In this document: positions 12,601-20,130 of the stretch, in pieces
Layout of the letters: each line of letters begins with the position of its first letter
How positions within the stretch are numbered: position 1 is the stretch's first letter
Assembly: GCA_964574815.1 (NCBI GenBank)
Contig: CAZNPL010000003.1
Coordinates: 37,747 to 101,746, forward strand
Origin: an uncultured Phycisphaeraceae bacterium
GTDB taxonomy: Bacteria; Planctomycetota; Phycisphaerae; UBA1845
Direction of reading: 5' to 3'
Length of the DNA stretch: 64,000 nt
Translations under genes and position numbers: made by a program
Notes under the pieces: generated by a model
What the model was told of the DNA's origin: nothing
Seen by the model: the letters and a program-made list of their open reading frames with translations, nothing else
Databases searched by the model: none

Positions 12601-15600
12601 GCGTCGAGGAGTGCGACAACGAGGGCAATAATGTTGTCGAGACACCGGTGGCCATCACGATCGGCCTGACGACGGTCGACCTGCAGGTCGAGTCGTGCGA
12701 TACGCCCGGCGGCGCGTTTGCCGGGCAGCCGATTTCCGTGTCGTGGTCGATCGCGAACCGGGGCGACTCGGTGACGCCGGCCACCTCGTGGCGCGACGGG
12801 GTCTACCTTTCGCTCGATCTGATTCTTGATCCTGTGGCCGACGTTTCCCTCGGCTCCGCGGTCCACGCCGAACCGCTCGGTCCCGGCATTACCGAGCCGA
12901 TGGAGGCGTCCTTTACCGTTCCGAGGTCGACCGCTCCCGGCGACTACTACGTGCTTGTGTGGACCGATCAGGGTGACGACATCTACGAGCACGAGGCCGA
13001 GTCCAACAACCGCGGCGCGAGCGCCGGCACGCTGACGGTGGCGGAGGCTCCCGAAGCGGATCTGGTAGTTGCCCAGGTGATCGGGCCGTTCTCGGCGTCC
13101 CCCGGGCAAGCGGCGGAGTTCCGATGGACGGTCACAAATAACGGCGCCAATGACGCGCTGGGTCGCTGGTTCGATTCGATCTATCTTTCGACTGATCAGA
13201 CGTGGGACCTTGACGATGTGCTTGTGGCCAAGGTACAGCGGGAGGGGCCGGTGATCTCGGGCGGCGGGTCCTATGAAGTCTCTCTCATGGCGACCCTTCC
13301 GGGTGTCCTGCCCGGCCCGCAGTATGCCATCGTGCGGTGCGACATTAACAACCAGATTCCCGAAGGCGCCGCCGGCGAGGGCAACAATATGGGTGTCTCG
13401 TCCGGGACGACCGATGTGCAGATGGTGGAGCTGACGCTCGGCGTCCCGTTTGATAGCGAACTACTCGTGGCCGGTGAACCGCACTACTACCAAGTGACCG
13501 TCGCCCCGGATGAGACGCTTCGCGTGACGGTGGATGCCGAGTCCACCACGGGTGCGAACGAACTTTACATTCGTTATGACGAGATTCCGGATCGGGGCCA
13601 TTACGACGACTCACATGATAATCCATTCCTGCCCGACCAGCGGGTTGTGATTCCGACGACACAGGCCGGGACGTATTACGTGCTGGTCTCCGGCAACGTC
13701 GTGCCTGACCCGCCGGAGCCGTACACGATACTGGCCGAGTCGGTTCCGTTCGGGATTGACGAGGTCGATCCCGACTTCGGGAGCAACACGGCCGCGGTAA
13801 CCATCGAGATCACCGGCGCCCGGTTCGAGCAGGACACGGACTTTACCTTGACGGGACCAGATGCCGCGGAGATCGAACCCGATGTGGTGTATCCGCAGGA
13901 TGCATCCGTAGCATTCGCCACGTTCGATCTGACCGGGCACACGCCCGGCGCCGCCGACGTAGGCGCCCTGAACCCGGACTCTTCCGTTGCGACGGCCGAG
14001 GCGATTTTCGAGATTCTGCCCGGCGGCGGGCCTCAGGTCAGCGCCCGCGTAACCGCTCCGGCCAGCGTGCGTGAGGGACGCAGCTTCATGATGCGGGTCG
14101 AGTACGGCAACGTCGGCAAGGCGGATATGCCTGCGCCGCTGCTGGAGCTTCGGGCATCGCGGCATCTCAGCATGGCGCTTAAGCCCGATGGTCCCTATTA
14201 CAGCAGTCCGATTCGCATTCTCGGCGTGAACTTCAACGGGCCGGCCGGCGTCCTTCCGCCCGGACGCTACGGCGCCGTGCCGATTTACGTGCGCGGGACG
14301 AGCGGTGGCGGGACGATTCGGATCGGCGTTGTTCATCTGACCTCAAGCGAGGTGATCGACTGGGAGGCCGAGGAGGCTCGCATCCGGCCCGACGGCGTCA
14401 CCGACGCGCAGTGGGCGGCGGTTTACACCCGCTTTACCGAGCGCATGGGGGAAACGTGGGGCGAATTCGAATCGGCGCTGGCGGCGCTGGCCACGCAGTT
14501 CTGGCTGGAGGCTCGGCGGGTGCACGACGTCGAGCTCCTGGTGGACTACGAACTGGAACGGGCGTGGGCGATGTATCCGTCGGCCATCTCCGGGACCGTG
14601 CTGGACGGCGAGACCTTGGCGCCGCTCGCAGGCGCTCGCTTGGTCGCGGCCTCCACAATCGACTTCTTTGAAGACACGTTCGAGACATTGACCGAGGCGG
14701 ACGGGACGTTTGAGCTGGAATTGCCGGCTGCGCCGTATGAGCTTTCAGTTGAAGGCTATTACCTCGAGCCGCCGGTTGCGGTCGAGCTGGACGTGGACGA
14801 CCCGGCCACCGGGCTCACTTTGTATGCTTTTGCTCGTCCGATCGGGCAGGAGCCGCCGCCGGACGAGCCGATCGAGCTGCCGGACGCGGCGCCGGCGCTG
14901 GGGCGCGATGCAAACGGCGGCGTGCACATGGTGTGGCACCGAGGGGAGGAGGCCTGGCACGCGCGATTTGACGGGGCGGCGTGGGCCAATCCGGATCCGA
15001 TCGGTCACCCCGACGGTGGCAACTTTCAGATCGGCCCGGCGCCGGCGGCGGAGGGCGCCGACGCGATCACGATCACTTTCACCGAGGGCTACGGCGACGA
15101 TGCCGAGATCAAGTACACGGTCGGCAAGCCCGACGCCGGCGATCCGCAGGGTTACGTCTGGTCCAATCCGATCGCCCTGACCGATGACGAATTTGCGGAT
15201 CAGTATCCCGCGTTTGTGTTGACCGCGGACGATACGCTGATCGTCGTTCACCTGAAGAAGCTCGACGACGGGGCCGTGCCCGACGACACCGATGTATATT
15301 ACCATCGCGGCGCCTTCGGGCCGCTGGACTGGAGCGCGCCGTCGCCCGAGACGGGCGCTCAGGCGGGAGCGGATGAGGGTATCGTCATTGTCCCGAACCA
15401 GGTTCCCATCCGCCTCGCGCCGCAGGACGGATACCCCGGGGCGCAGGAGTCGGCTTATTGCCAGACGATCGAGTTCAAGTTTGCCGAGTCGATCAGTTTC
15501 CCGGAGGCCGTCGCCGGTGATTGGGGCGTGGCGTACAAGGGCCAGTTCTGCGGCAGCACGTCCGGCTGCAAGTACTCGACCGGATCAAGTGATGCCGTCG

Positions 15601-18600
15601 AGTTCTTGATGGGACGGCGCAAGGCCATCGTGCAGTCAAGCGGCAAGGACGACTACGTGGTCGATAAGGAGAAGTGCGACTGGGCGTTCTCCTCGGGGGA
15701 GCGCAGCTTCGGCGGCGGCGCCGAGTTCAAGGTGTCTATGGGGCCCATCATCGTTCCGGCGCTGGGGATTCCCATTCCGGGGTCCGAATGGGGATTCGAG
15801 CTGGCGGGGAGCTTGAACGGCACGCTGCACTATGATGCTGCGAATCCACCGGATTCCTGGACGTCCGTTCCTTCCTCGGGCAGCGTCACCGTCGGCGTCG
15901 GCGTCTCTCCCTACGGAGAGGTCGATCTTTCCAGGATCAGCTCTTACCTGGAGGGCAAGGCCACGATCAAGGGCAGCGGCTCGATCAAGGTCACCATCTC
16001 GGCGCCGAAATGGGACGGGAAGATCGAGGGCTGCTTCGGATATTCATGGGGAATATCCGTCGGCATTTTCCAGTACGGCGGGAGCGACGAATGGTGCTGG
16101 CCACAAAGCCCCATGCCGCAGATGTTCCGCGAGGATTTCCCCGAGGACGCGCTTGTCTTTACCGAAGTACAGGTAACGCCGGACGGTGAAGGCGTTCGGA
16201 TGATCGCGAGCTTCATCGAGGTCGAGCCGCTCGTCGGAACGGGGGCTGTTTATCCGGGCAACCCCGTGCTGGCCGACGTCGGGAGCGACCTTACCAATGA
16301 CGGGCCTCCGGCGATGGCCCAGACGCCCACCGGCGAGGTCGTGGCCATCTGGACGAAGGACGCCGACGAGCACATTACAGACCCGGCCGATCCGGACCCG
16401 GCGATCGGAAGCGCGATCGTCGTTTCAACATTCGGGGGCAGTGCCTGGGGCGAGCCGACGGAATTGGTCGATCACAGCGATTTCAACGGGCAGCCTGCTT
16501 TGTCGGCAGCGCCGGACGGGAATTTGATGGCCGTCTGGTCCACGGCGTCCGCAACCGGCTATTCGATCCACGACACGGTCGAAACGCTTCTCGATGCGAT
16601 GGCCCGGACCGATCTGGTTTACGCGCGTCGGGTCGGCGGCGTGTGGTCGTCGCCGGTTCCGGTGGTCGCGCAGCCGGGTTCCGACCAGGATGTCGCGCTG
16701 ACGGTGGACGATGCCGGGAGGATTGTCGCGGCCTGGGTGAACGTTCCGGATTACGAGTCGGATATTACGGCTGTTTACGCCGCCCTTTGGGATCCGGTTG
16801 CCGAGACGTGGGGCGCGCCGACCATGCTGACGCAGCAGTCGGCGGTTGATTCGATCGACTGCGAGTTTTCCGACGGCACGCCGGTGGTGGTATGGGCGGC
16901 CGACGCCGACGGCGTTCTGGAGACGCCCGACGATCTGACGGTTTACCATGCGAGTTATGACGGGTCGTCGTGGTCGACGCCTATCGCGCTTCCGAAGGAG
17001 ACTGCGGCCCCGGCGCCGACGCAAACCCCGGCGCCTTCGGAAGCCGCGTCGTTCCCCGATGTGCCGGACAAGTGCTGCTACGTCTGCGTGAATGACAGTG
17101 AGTGCGACGACGGCGTGCCGTGTACGGAAGATCGCTGCGTCGATCACAACTGCAAGGCGATTCCGAGGGACGAGGAGTGCGACGACGGCAAGTTCTGCAA
17201 CGGGGCGGAGAAATGCGATGCGTTCGCCGACTGTGTCGAGGGAAGCCCACCGTGCCCGTCCGGCGCTCCGTGCGATGAGAACCAGGATGCCTGCGGATGC
17301 AGTTCCAACAGCGACTGCGACGACGGCATCAACTGCACAGACGACGTGTGCGAGAATCGGGTGTGCAAGTTCCTTCCGATCGACGAGTTCTGCAGCGACG
17401 ATCTGAACTGGTGCAATGGCGAGGAGTACTGCGATCCGCAGAAGGGCTGCACGAGCACCGGGCCGCCGTGCCCGATCAATCAGGTTTGCGACCGGATCAA
17501 TCGGGTCTGTACGACGTGCGAATACGATTTCGAGTGCCGCGACGACAATCCATGTACGGCCGACAGTTGTGATAACGATCAGTGCCGGCACGTACCCGAT
17601 GATTCCATGTGCCAGGACGGAAACGCGTGCAACGGCACGGAAGTTTGCGATCCGGCGTCAGGTTGCCGAGCGGGCGTTCCGCTCGATTGCGGGTTTGACG
17701 ACGAGTGCGCTCACCGCTGGTGCGATCCTGAAGTCGGATGCATGGACGTGGCGCTCGACTGCAACAACGGACCGTTCATCGAGGTCATCCGATCGTTCGA
17801 CCCGAACGAGAAGATCGCGCCGGACGGCTTCGGCGAGCAGCATTGGGTCAAGGCCGATGAGAACCTGTTCTACACGATCCTCTTCGAAAACCTTCCGGAC
17901 GCGACCGCACCGGCGCAGGTGGTGACCATCACCGACGTGCTGAGCGAGCACCTTGACTGGCGGACCTTCCGCGTTCTGGACGTCGGCTGGGGCGATCGGA
18001 TCGTCGAGGCCCCCGGAAACCGCAGCTACTTCCAGAGCGAGCAGGACCTGGTCGACGAGATCGGGCTGCTCATCCGGATCAACGCGGGGATCGACGTGAC
18101 GAGCGGACTGGCGACTTGGACGTTCACCGCCGTCGATCCCGAGACCGGCGAACTGCCGGCCGAAGCCGGCGCGGGATTCCTGCCGCCCAACGACCCCGAT
18201 GTCCACGACGGCGAGGGCTTCGTCAACTTTACCATACGACCAAAGCGGAACCTGTCGGACGGCACCGTGATCACCAATGACGCCACGATCGTCTTCGACG
18301 TCAATGAGCCCATTGATACGAACGAGGTGCTCAACACCGTGGACGGGCATCCGCCCGCCAGTGCCATCGACGCGCTGCCGGCTCAATTGCCGGGCCCTGA
18401 AATCCTGCTGACATGGTCCGCCGAGGACGTGGCCGGGGGCTCGGGGCTTGCGGGTGTGACCGTGTTCGTTTCGATCGACGGCGGTCCCTACGAGCCCTTC
18501 ATCTCTCACACGTTGGAGACTTCCACGGTCTTCAACGGTCAGCCGTCGCACTCGTACGCCTTCTACAGCGTCGCGAGCGACAATGCCGGAAACGTCGAGC

Positions 18601-19295
18601 TATCGCCGCCGACACCCGACGCGGTCACGTCGCTGCCGTCGGCGTTGCAGGTGGATGCGATCATCGTCAATGGGGGCTTGACGCAGCGGTCCAATCTCAC
18701 CGACGTCCGGGTCGAGTTTACGACCGCGACCGGGTTGCAGGCTTTGATTGACGATGGGACCATCACCGACGCGGTGGCGATCCGCAAGCGTCCCGGCGGT
18801 TCGGCCACGGTTGGACCAGCCAAGCATTTCATTCGAACGCGGCCGATGAGAGATACCAGCGAGCAGAGCATTCGCCTGCCGGCCAGTCACTACCAGCTTG
18901 ATCCCGACGGCCGGGTCCTGACGATCGACCTCACGGTGGACGGATTCGGCGGGGCGGCGCGGACGCTCCTGGAGGAGGGCAACTACGAGCTGCGGCTGAA
19001 CACGGAGATGGTCGAGTCGAGCCTGGGGCTGCCGCTGGCCGACGCGGACGGCGAGGCCGACGGGCTGCACCGTTTCGGGCACCATGCCGACCATCTGTTC
19101 TTCCGGCTGGCCGGTGACGGCAATGCCGATCGGGTTGTGGACACGGTCGATCTCGATTCGGTTCGGGATGCGTGGCTGACAGGGCAGGGCGATCCGGGAT
19201 TCGACCCGGACGCCGACATGAATTCCGACGGGCTGATCAACTTCCTCGATCTGCAGATCGTGCGATACAACTGGCTGGCGGAGCTTGGATTCTGA
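3699..19295 (+). CDS. Giant (5,198 aa) secreted multi-repeat surface/adhesin-like protein with C-terminal dockerin
   Basis: GGAGG lies 7 nt upstream of the ATG and the signal peptide is MGKQRFTILLTAAIAALGLGRVRAQ. Successive modules are: beta-propeller-like YVAG/VVAG repeats (~3880-5050), seven FDGRYVYF..GEVLRYDT repeats, DCNxNGxPDECD repeats, an Ig/PKD-like unit, 12 CARDB-like units, a PPC-like unit (HYYQVTV...LYIRYDEIP), a carboxypeptidase-regulatory-like unit (ISGTVLDGETLAPLAGARL), three Cys-rich ~70-aa units, an SFDPNEK... conserved-repeat-like domain, and a dockerin. Confidence 0.9.
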   Translation: MGKQRFTILLTAAIAALGLGRVRAQVDSSEPALPMLQASVLPQALAAETRAVALPARSMDLSNIGVELWSASHGVAGNDTAYGAAVDAQGRVLVAGFVKGAATNDTDAYAIKYNESGGVDWFAQRNSGVADNSETYEDVCVDSGSNVILVGRLSGIYPPWNVAGLVQKYTPDGTLIWERLFDGYAWTVNHGCAVDANDNIYVAGRAFRAWNTNETDWMVLKYDTDGNLQVGFPWYYNYSHQHEFPDVAYSLDVDAAGNVVVAGVIGRLTSDHTWHVRKYASDGSLIWQDSYDGDAGLRDYAYDVTFDSNGDVIATGWTNKGTDNGENADYDWLTIKYSADGDAGAAVRLWTETYESAAARSETSAAVVVDGYGHVVVGGYEQGPDLVNRWRIQRMNSVDGGLLAEHTWDTYPPSGVLGLGFRDGLLAVTGYTGVYPERDYHTALIQTTWDPAIHDCNENGIPDGTDIADGTSLDCNANGIPDECDIADVGAGFEGIAGWSAFDAGAAGLASGLDAFVGGVFDGRYVYFVPHNNDGGSNDKVMRYDTTAPFDSLSSWSAFDNAAQGAGAAGGYLGGVFDGRYVYFVPYMNGTQRHGEVLRYDTAASFSDSASWTVYDPGAHGVGVDADGYSRAIFDGRYVYFAPADNGTEAHGEVLRLDTAGAFTEATSWATFDPGANGVGTDPDGYCGGVFDGRYVYFSPTYNGTITHGEVLRYDTTGDFGDAASWVAFDAGAGGVGVNPAGYYEAVFDGRFVYFIPYYNGVAAHGEFLRYDTTGDFSSAASWSTFNPADAGLEDNPVGYIGGAYDGRFVYFAPYSRGNYDYHGEVLRYDPQGPFDDLSSWASYDPGTHGVGVSARGYQGAVFDGRHIYFVPFRYQQGPPAGHGEVLRYDTFAGWSQDCNGNGVPDECDVTDGTSPDCNLNGTPDECEVPPIGDGVDCQADGVPDECQLAGNDCNTNAVPDECDISDGTSEDCQPNDVPDECDLDDGTSLDCQPNDVPDECDIDQGTSDDVNTDGVPDECQVVFDCNGNGIEDVDDIAAGTSQDCNGNEIPDECETVTTLIDLDFNSGVDSLGNSQGELLFYGGCGLEVVFTDDDSDGSHGQADGVHINNVGYGNIKAGTDDLVIGAYNNFYQSYNYHSSGIVARFNRGVHLVRLDDTDDDTTLKTLFAFDENGTLIGQTSPGSQQTFQIDTNMTGGKFIYSVEFDSAAGTAGGASDGIVFTIDNFHVESYTFVPDRVLMINVHGTSYDADGYSIYTTLVEAGAEAHYVNLSSGGQAATLIQQHDYDQIWVFDLSGGADNYPTDWQAIADWFAADSSRAIVCDGRMISSYWNGRWQTEGQMLTENYYENIQAAGGGLVLGTDHNNFQSGINTINNLIGIEPFFGNFSLTMIPVDVTNPLMNTPNDLGPELWDDSSPGQTPYGLQPNGRILYSVAWHSGNPDTPGISATIEGEIGFHVQITSPADNAEFIAGQPVAFAAAPDGGDPPYTYEWSSDLDGVLGAGETLEVNTLSAGTHEIMVLAQDAQSREDFDTIHVNILPKSDLTVSACDAQASVDAGGQLDVTWTVTNIGGVEVAGSWTDVVYLSEDEFLGDDIELGRFTQAGPLPAGESYSPSESMTVPGDLAGDHSIFVVTDLYDEVEEPWAEDNNSRLCGVTTVNDTMPPDTTITGGPGDGAYINETQATYGWTGSDNETGVSQLFFAACLAPQLVGCDPAAGPFLPDTTNAFTALTEEDSPYVFNVAARDEAGNVDPTPASRVLNVDLTPVWVVGHTPEGVVNERVCSVDVTFSEEAFGFERDDVAMTGPAGDVWITEVVPVGSLVHQIRFACQSEGGGYQFTIGTGIQDRAGNPLQEAYNGGFSIAMPDLKPTALTVEAAVQSGEQIEVRWTVTNNGTIAAAGTWKDRIYLSGDDVWGGDTLLGEFNVSGPLADGTSYDLINRVTIPPLLEGDYWIIVVTDARDAMVEFLENDDNRLVSDVPVAVSLPPFPDLQVTELTGPVTAWPGQRVAVCWTVTNTGSGATEVPFWKDHLFLSSDQSIGGDWLLGRFDNPSSLGAGESYQQCPTVTIPGGALGCYYFLLRTDAYNQVFEYRSDIDAEANNDAGSDPCVDVVLPPPSDLQVTQVNAPNSAWSGETITVDFQVINAGDSPTPVTFWQDSAYLSEDETLDPADLRLCTVSHSGGLIPDGTYDVSHVCALPRWMSGTFYVFVRTDSSGHVGEQGFEDNNDAYDATALTINLTPPPDLEVISLSVVQAGAAPPTAQVDWTVTNYGGSPTDAASWSDAVYLSVDDSFETTGDNTLVGGPYTHSGALEPDQSYDMSKVVSLPTCADQDYYVFVVTDVGNSVAEFFPDYEQNNDDAYQLLSVVTEEPDLEVTNVSAPASASSSDLIPISWDVGNTGSGSTRASSFVDAVYLSSDMTWDAGDQKLADFVHEGSLAALDSYSSAHNVALPPGLTGDYHVIVVTDATDVVAECGSEVNNVAVTDTPISIDLAEADLNVILVIPEPTAQSSEPMNVQWGVANGGTRRTNTASWTDGVYLSADQVMDSGDLHLGNFGHTGYLDPADDYGRSADVVLPAGIEGDYFVFVCTDVHDVVFEAGREADNCASAAVATSITHYEPDLIVEAVVADAAGLSGEPISVEWTVLNAGDRSSGATAWTDAVYLSQDGSFDPAADTKVAEFDHDGILPAGERYSRAESVDLPPALVGTWHVFVCTDVGDDVIEPGNEGNNCTDSGTPLEVGAFEPDLDAFNVSGEASGLSGSPIEVSWSVRNVGERETTEEAWVDRVYLSTNQVLDGEDDLLAEFVHEGALAVVNEYQMVREVTLSSGGAGPRYIIVKTDAVGDVFELGREGNNVAAAPTTTDVICVEPDLRVSEVSAPLVGDSGWPIDVSWTVVNAGNRATQTRSWRDRVYLSQDPDLDTGADLMLGEFSWNDGLGAAGGGDDTYTRDINVTLPHALDGVHYLFVITDYWDRVEECDNEGNNVVETPVAITIGLTTVDLQVESCDTPGGAFAGQPISVSWSIANRGDSVTPATSWRDGVYLSLDLILDPVADVSLGSAVHAEPLGPGITEPMEASFTVPRSTAPGDYYVLVWTDQGDDIYEHEAESNNRGASAGTLTVAEAPEADLVVAQVIGPFSASPGQAAEFRWTVTNNGANDALGRWFDSIYLSTDQTWDLDDVLVAKVQREGPVISGGGSYEVSLMATLPGVLPGPQYAIVRCDINNQIPEGAAGEGNNMGVSSGTTDVQMVELTLGVPFDSELLVAGEPHYYQVTVAPDETLRVTVDAESTTGANELYIRYDEIPDRGHYDDSHDNPFLPDQRVVIPTTQAGTYYVLVSGNVVPDPPEPYTILAESVPFGIDEVDPDFGSNTAAVTIEITGARFEQDTDFTLTGPDAAEIEPDVVYPQDASVAFATFDLTGHTPGAADVGALNPDSSVATAEAIFEILPGGGPQVSARVTAPASVREGRSFMMRVEYGNVGKADMPAPLLELRASRHLSMALKPDGPYYSSPIRILGVNFNGPAGVLPPGRYGAVPIYVRGTSGGGTIRIGVVHLTSSEVIDWEAEEARIRPDGVTDAQWAAVYTRFTERMGETWGEFESALAALATQFWLEARRVHDVELLVDYELERAWAMYPSAISGTVLDGETLAPLAGARLVAASTIDFFEDTFETLTEADGTFELELPAAPYELSVEGYYLEPPVAVELDVDDPATGLTLYAFARPIGQEPPPDEPIELPDAAPALGRDANGGVHMVWHRGEEAWHARFDGAAWANPDPIGHPDGGNFQIGPAPAAEGADAITITFTEGYGDDAEIKYTVGKPDAGDPQGYVWSNPIALTDDEFADQYPAFVLTADDTLIVVHLKKLDDGAVPDDTDVYYHRGAFGPLDWSAPSPETGAQAGADEGIVIVPNQVPIRLAPQDGYPGAQESAYCQTIEFKFAESISFPEAVAGDWGVAYKGQFCGSTSGCKYSTGSSDAVEFLMGRRKAIVQSSGKDDYVVDKEKCDWAFSSGERSFGGGAEFKVSMGPIIVPALGIPIPGSEWGFELAGSLNGTLHYDAANPPDSWTSVPSSGSVTVGVGVSPYGEVDLSRISSYLEGKATIKGSGSIKVTISAPKWDGKIEGCFGYSWGISVGIFQYGGSDEWCWPQSPMPQMFREDFPEDALVFTEVQVTPDGEGVRMIASFIEVEPLVGTGAVYPGNPVLADVGSDLTNDGPPAMAQTPTGEVVAIWTKDADEHITDPADPDPAIGSAIVVSTFGGSAWGEPTELVDHSDFNGQPALSAAPDGNLMAVWSTASATGYSIHDTVETLLDAMARTDLVYARRVGGVWSSPVPVVAQPGSDQDVALTVDDAGRIVAAWVNVPDYESDITAVYAALWDPVAETWGAPTMLTQQSAVDSIDCEFSDGTPVVVWAADADGVLETPDDLTVYHASYDGSSWSTPIALPKETAAPAPTQTPAPSEAASFPDVPDKCCYVCVNDSECDDGVPCTEDRCVDHNCKAIPRDEECDDGKFCNGAEKCDAFADCVEGSPPCPSGAPCDENQDACGCSSNSDCDDGINCTDDVCENRVCKFLPIDEFCSDDLNWCNGEEYCDPQKGCTSTGPPCPINQVCDRINRVCTTCEYDFECRDDNPCTADSCDNDQCRHVPDDSMCQDGNACNGTEVCDPASGCRAGVPLDCGFDDECAHRWCDPEVGCMDVALDCNNGPFIEVIRSFDPNEKIAPDGFGEQHWVKADENLFYTILFENLPDATAPAQVVTITDVLSEHLDWRTFRVLDVGWGDRIVEAPGNRSYFQSEQDLVDEIGLLIRINAGIDVTSGLATWTFTAVDPETGELPAEAGAGFLPPNDPDVHDGEGFVNFTIRPKRNLSDGTVITNDATIVFDVNEPIDTNEVLNTVDGHPPASAIDALPAQLPGPEILLTWSAEDVAGGSGLAGVTVFVSIDGGPYEPFISHTLETSTVFNGQPSHSYAFYSVASDNAGNVELSPPTPDAVTSLPSALQVDAIIVNGGLTQRSNLTDVRVEFTTATGLQALIDDGTITDAVAIRKRPGGSATVGPAKHFIRTRPMRDTSEQSIRLPASHYQLDPDGRVLTIDLTVDGFGGAARTLLEEGNYELRLNTEMVESSLGLPLADADGEADGLHRFGHHADHLFFRLAGDGNADRVVDTVDLDSVRDAWLTGQGDPGFDPDADMNSDGLINFLDLQIVRYNWLAELGF
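5191..6375 (+). repeat. Seven tandem ~60-aa repeats (SW..FD....G.....GY.GGVFDGRYVYFVP....G..HGEVLRYDT), probable 7-bladed propeller, inside the giant CDS
   Basis: I counted seven units by eye: GGVFDGRYVYFVPHNN.., GGVFDGRYVYFVPYMN.., RAIFDGRYVYFAPADN.., GGVFDGRYVYFSPTYN.., EAVFDGRFVYFIPYYN.., GGAYDGRFVYFAPYSR.., GAVFDGRHIYFVPFRY... Each ends in (V/E)(M/L/F)R(Y/L)D(T/P). Confidence 0.7.
6391..6863 (+). repeat. About nine DC(N/Q)xNGxPDEC(D/E) Cys/Asp-rich short repeats inside the giant CDS (two more at 5061-5160)
   Basis: Units include DCNGNGVPDECDVTDGTS, DCNLNGTPDECE, DCQADGVPDECQ, DCNTNAVPDECDISDGTS, DCQPNDVPDECDLDDGTS and others. The period is roughly 50-60 nt and the repeats have a calcium-binding-like acidic character. 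Confidence 0.75.
9282..13420 (+). repeat. Eleven tandem CARDB-like ~125-aa domains inside the giant CDS (a twelfth, isolated unit at ~8320-8665)
   Basis: Each unit begins xPDLxV and carries G..I.V.WTV.N.G, W.D.VYLS.D, G.Y and V.TD....V.E..E.NN. The period is ~375 nt. The units are diverged at the DNA level, so this is not an assembly duplication. Confidence 0.75.
17073..17765 (+). repeat. Three ~70-aa cysteine-rich modules (C..DSECDDG.PCT.D.C....C...P....CDDG..CNG.E.CD) inside the giant CDS
   Basis: Three units begin CVNDSECDDGVPCTEDRC, CSSNSDCDDGINCTDDVC and CEYDFECRDDNPCTADSC. Each is followed by the C(N/D)G.E.CD motif. Confidence 0.65.
19113..19292 (+). other. C-terminal dockerin-like domain of the giant protein
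   Basis: Duplicated EF-hand-like segments are present: GDGNADRVVDTVDLDSVRDAWL and DADMNSDGLINFLDLQIVRYNWL. This is the typical D.N.DG.I...D pattern with a hydrophobic helix. Confidence 0.7.
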
Positions 19296-19376
19296 TAAAC
19301 TTGAAAACCGGCGGTGAGGGTGCCCGGCCTCGCCGCCGGCGAACGACGACGGGCAGGCAATCGGGGGAAGGCTGTT

Positions 19377-19988
19377 ATGAATCTTGCTAAAGCGAGCGCC
19401 GTTGTGCTGAGCGTCCTTTGTCTTTCGGTGATGCCGGCCGCCGCATCCACGATTCACGTGAGCATGTCCGCCGACAGCGGGACCATCGACGTCGGGGCGC
19501 TGACGACCGTCTACGTGGACGTCGAGGTCACGGACGGCGAGCCCGGAAACGGCATTTATGCCTATGCCCTGAACGTTCTGTTCGATCAGCCCGACATCGT
19601 CGGCATCGGCGGCGTGGTCCAACCGGGCGGGCCGGCCGACTGGGCCAGCGACGCGGGGACGATCGAGCCCGGCGGTCTCTACAACGTGTACGGCGGGGAC
19701 GGCGACTACTTTACCAACAGCAATCGAGGGGTCGGAGCGCCGTTCCGTATTCTGGAGATCGAAATCCAGGGTCTTGGGCCGGGCGAGGCCATGCTGTCGG
19801 CCGAAGCCGCCGACCAGGCGATCGCGGTGGGCGTTCCCGACGGCGTTCTCCTTCAGGTACCGGGCGACGTGCAGGTGGACTATGGCCCGGGTCTTCAGAT
19901 CACCGTCGTCCCCGAGCCCGCGGGGCTGACGTTTCTCCTCGCGGCGATGCTGTTGATACGAAGCGGTAGATCAGCGACCAGGTATTGA
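19377..19988 (+). CDS. Cohesin-like domain protein with PEP-CTERM sorting tail
   Basis: Start is set at ATG 19377 (GGGGGAAGG upstream), with signal MNLAKASAVVLSVLCLSVMPAAAS. The beta-sandwich-like pattern TVYVDVEVTD...GIYAYALNVLFDQPDIV resembles cohesin. The C-terminus VVPEPAGLTFLLAAMLLIRSGRSATRY gives VPEP, a TM helix and a basic tail, which is the PEP-CTERM pattern. Confidence 0.6.
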   Translation: MNLAKASAVVLSVLCLSVMPAAASTIHVSMSADSGTIDVGALTTVYVDVEVTDGEPGNGIYAYALNVLFDQPDIVGIGGVVQPGGPADWASDAGTIEPGGLYNVYGGDGDYFTNSNRGVGAPFRILEIEIQGLGPGEAMLSAEAADQAIAVGVPDGVLLQVPGDVQVDYGPGLQITVVPEPAGLTFLLAAMLLIRSGRSATRY

Positions 19989-20007
19989 AGCCGAAACCAG
20001 GACGGCG

Positions 20008-20130
20008 CTGAGCGGAAGGAACGCACGGTCAAACTCCGCCGTCGATGGCGGCTCCGCTTGCCCATGGCAGCCTCGCCAAAGGCGGATATGCCGCTGTTGG
20101 CACCCATCAAGGATTCCGGGATAGGTTCTA
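20008..20130 (+). repeat. REP-like palindromic intergenic element, copy B (long form)
   Basis: The sequence is GAGCGGAAGGAACGCACGGTCAAACTCCGCCGTCGATGGCGGCTCCGCTTGCCCATGGCAGCCTC...ATGCCGCTGTTGGCACCCATCA. It lies immediately after the stop of the cohesin-like gene. Confidence 0.65.

Noticed and set aside
4500-13109. Several long minus-strand ORFs inside the giant gene (for example 4500-5651, 10506-11813, 12084-13109, 13611-14336).
   Set aside because: They are antisense to a continuous, motif-rich 15.6-kb ORF. Their products are Arg/Val/Asp-rich, reflecting the complement of the repeat codons, and they have no RBS or known motif.
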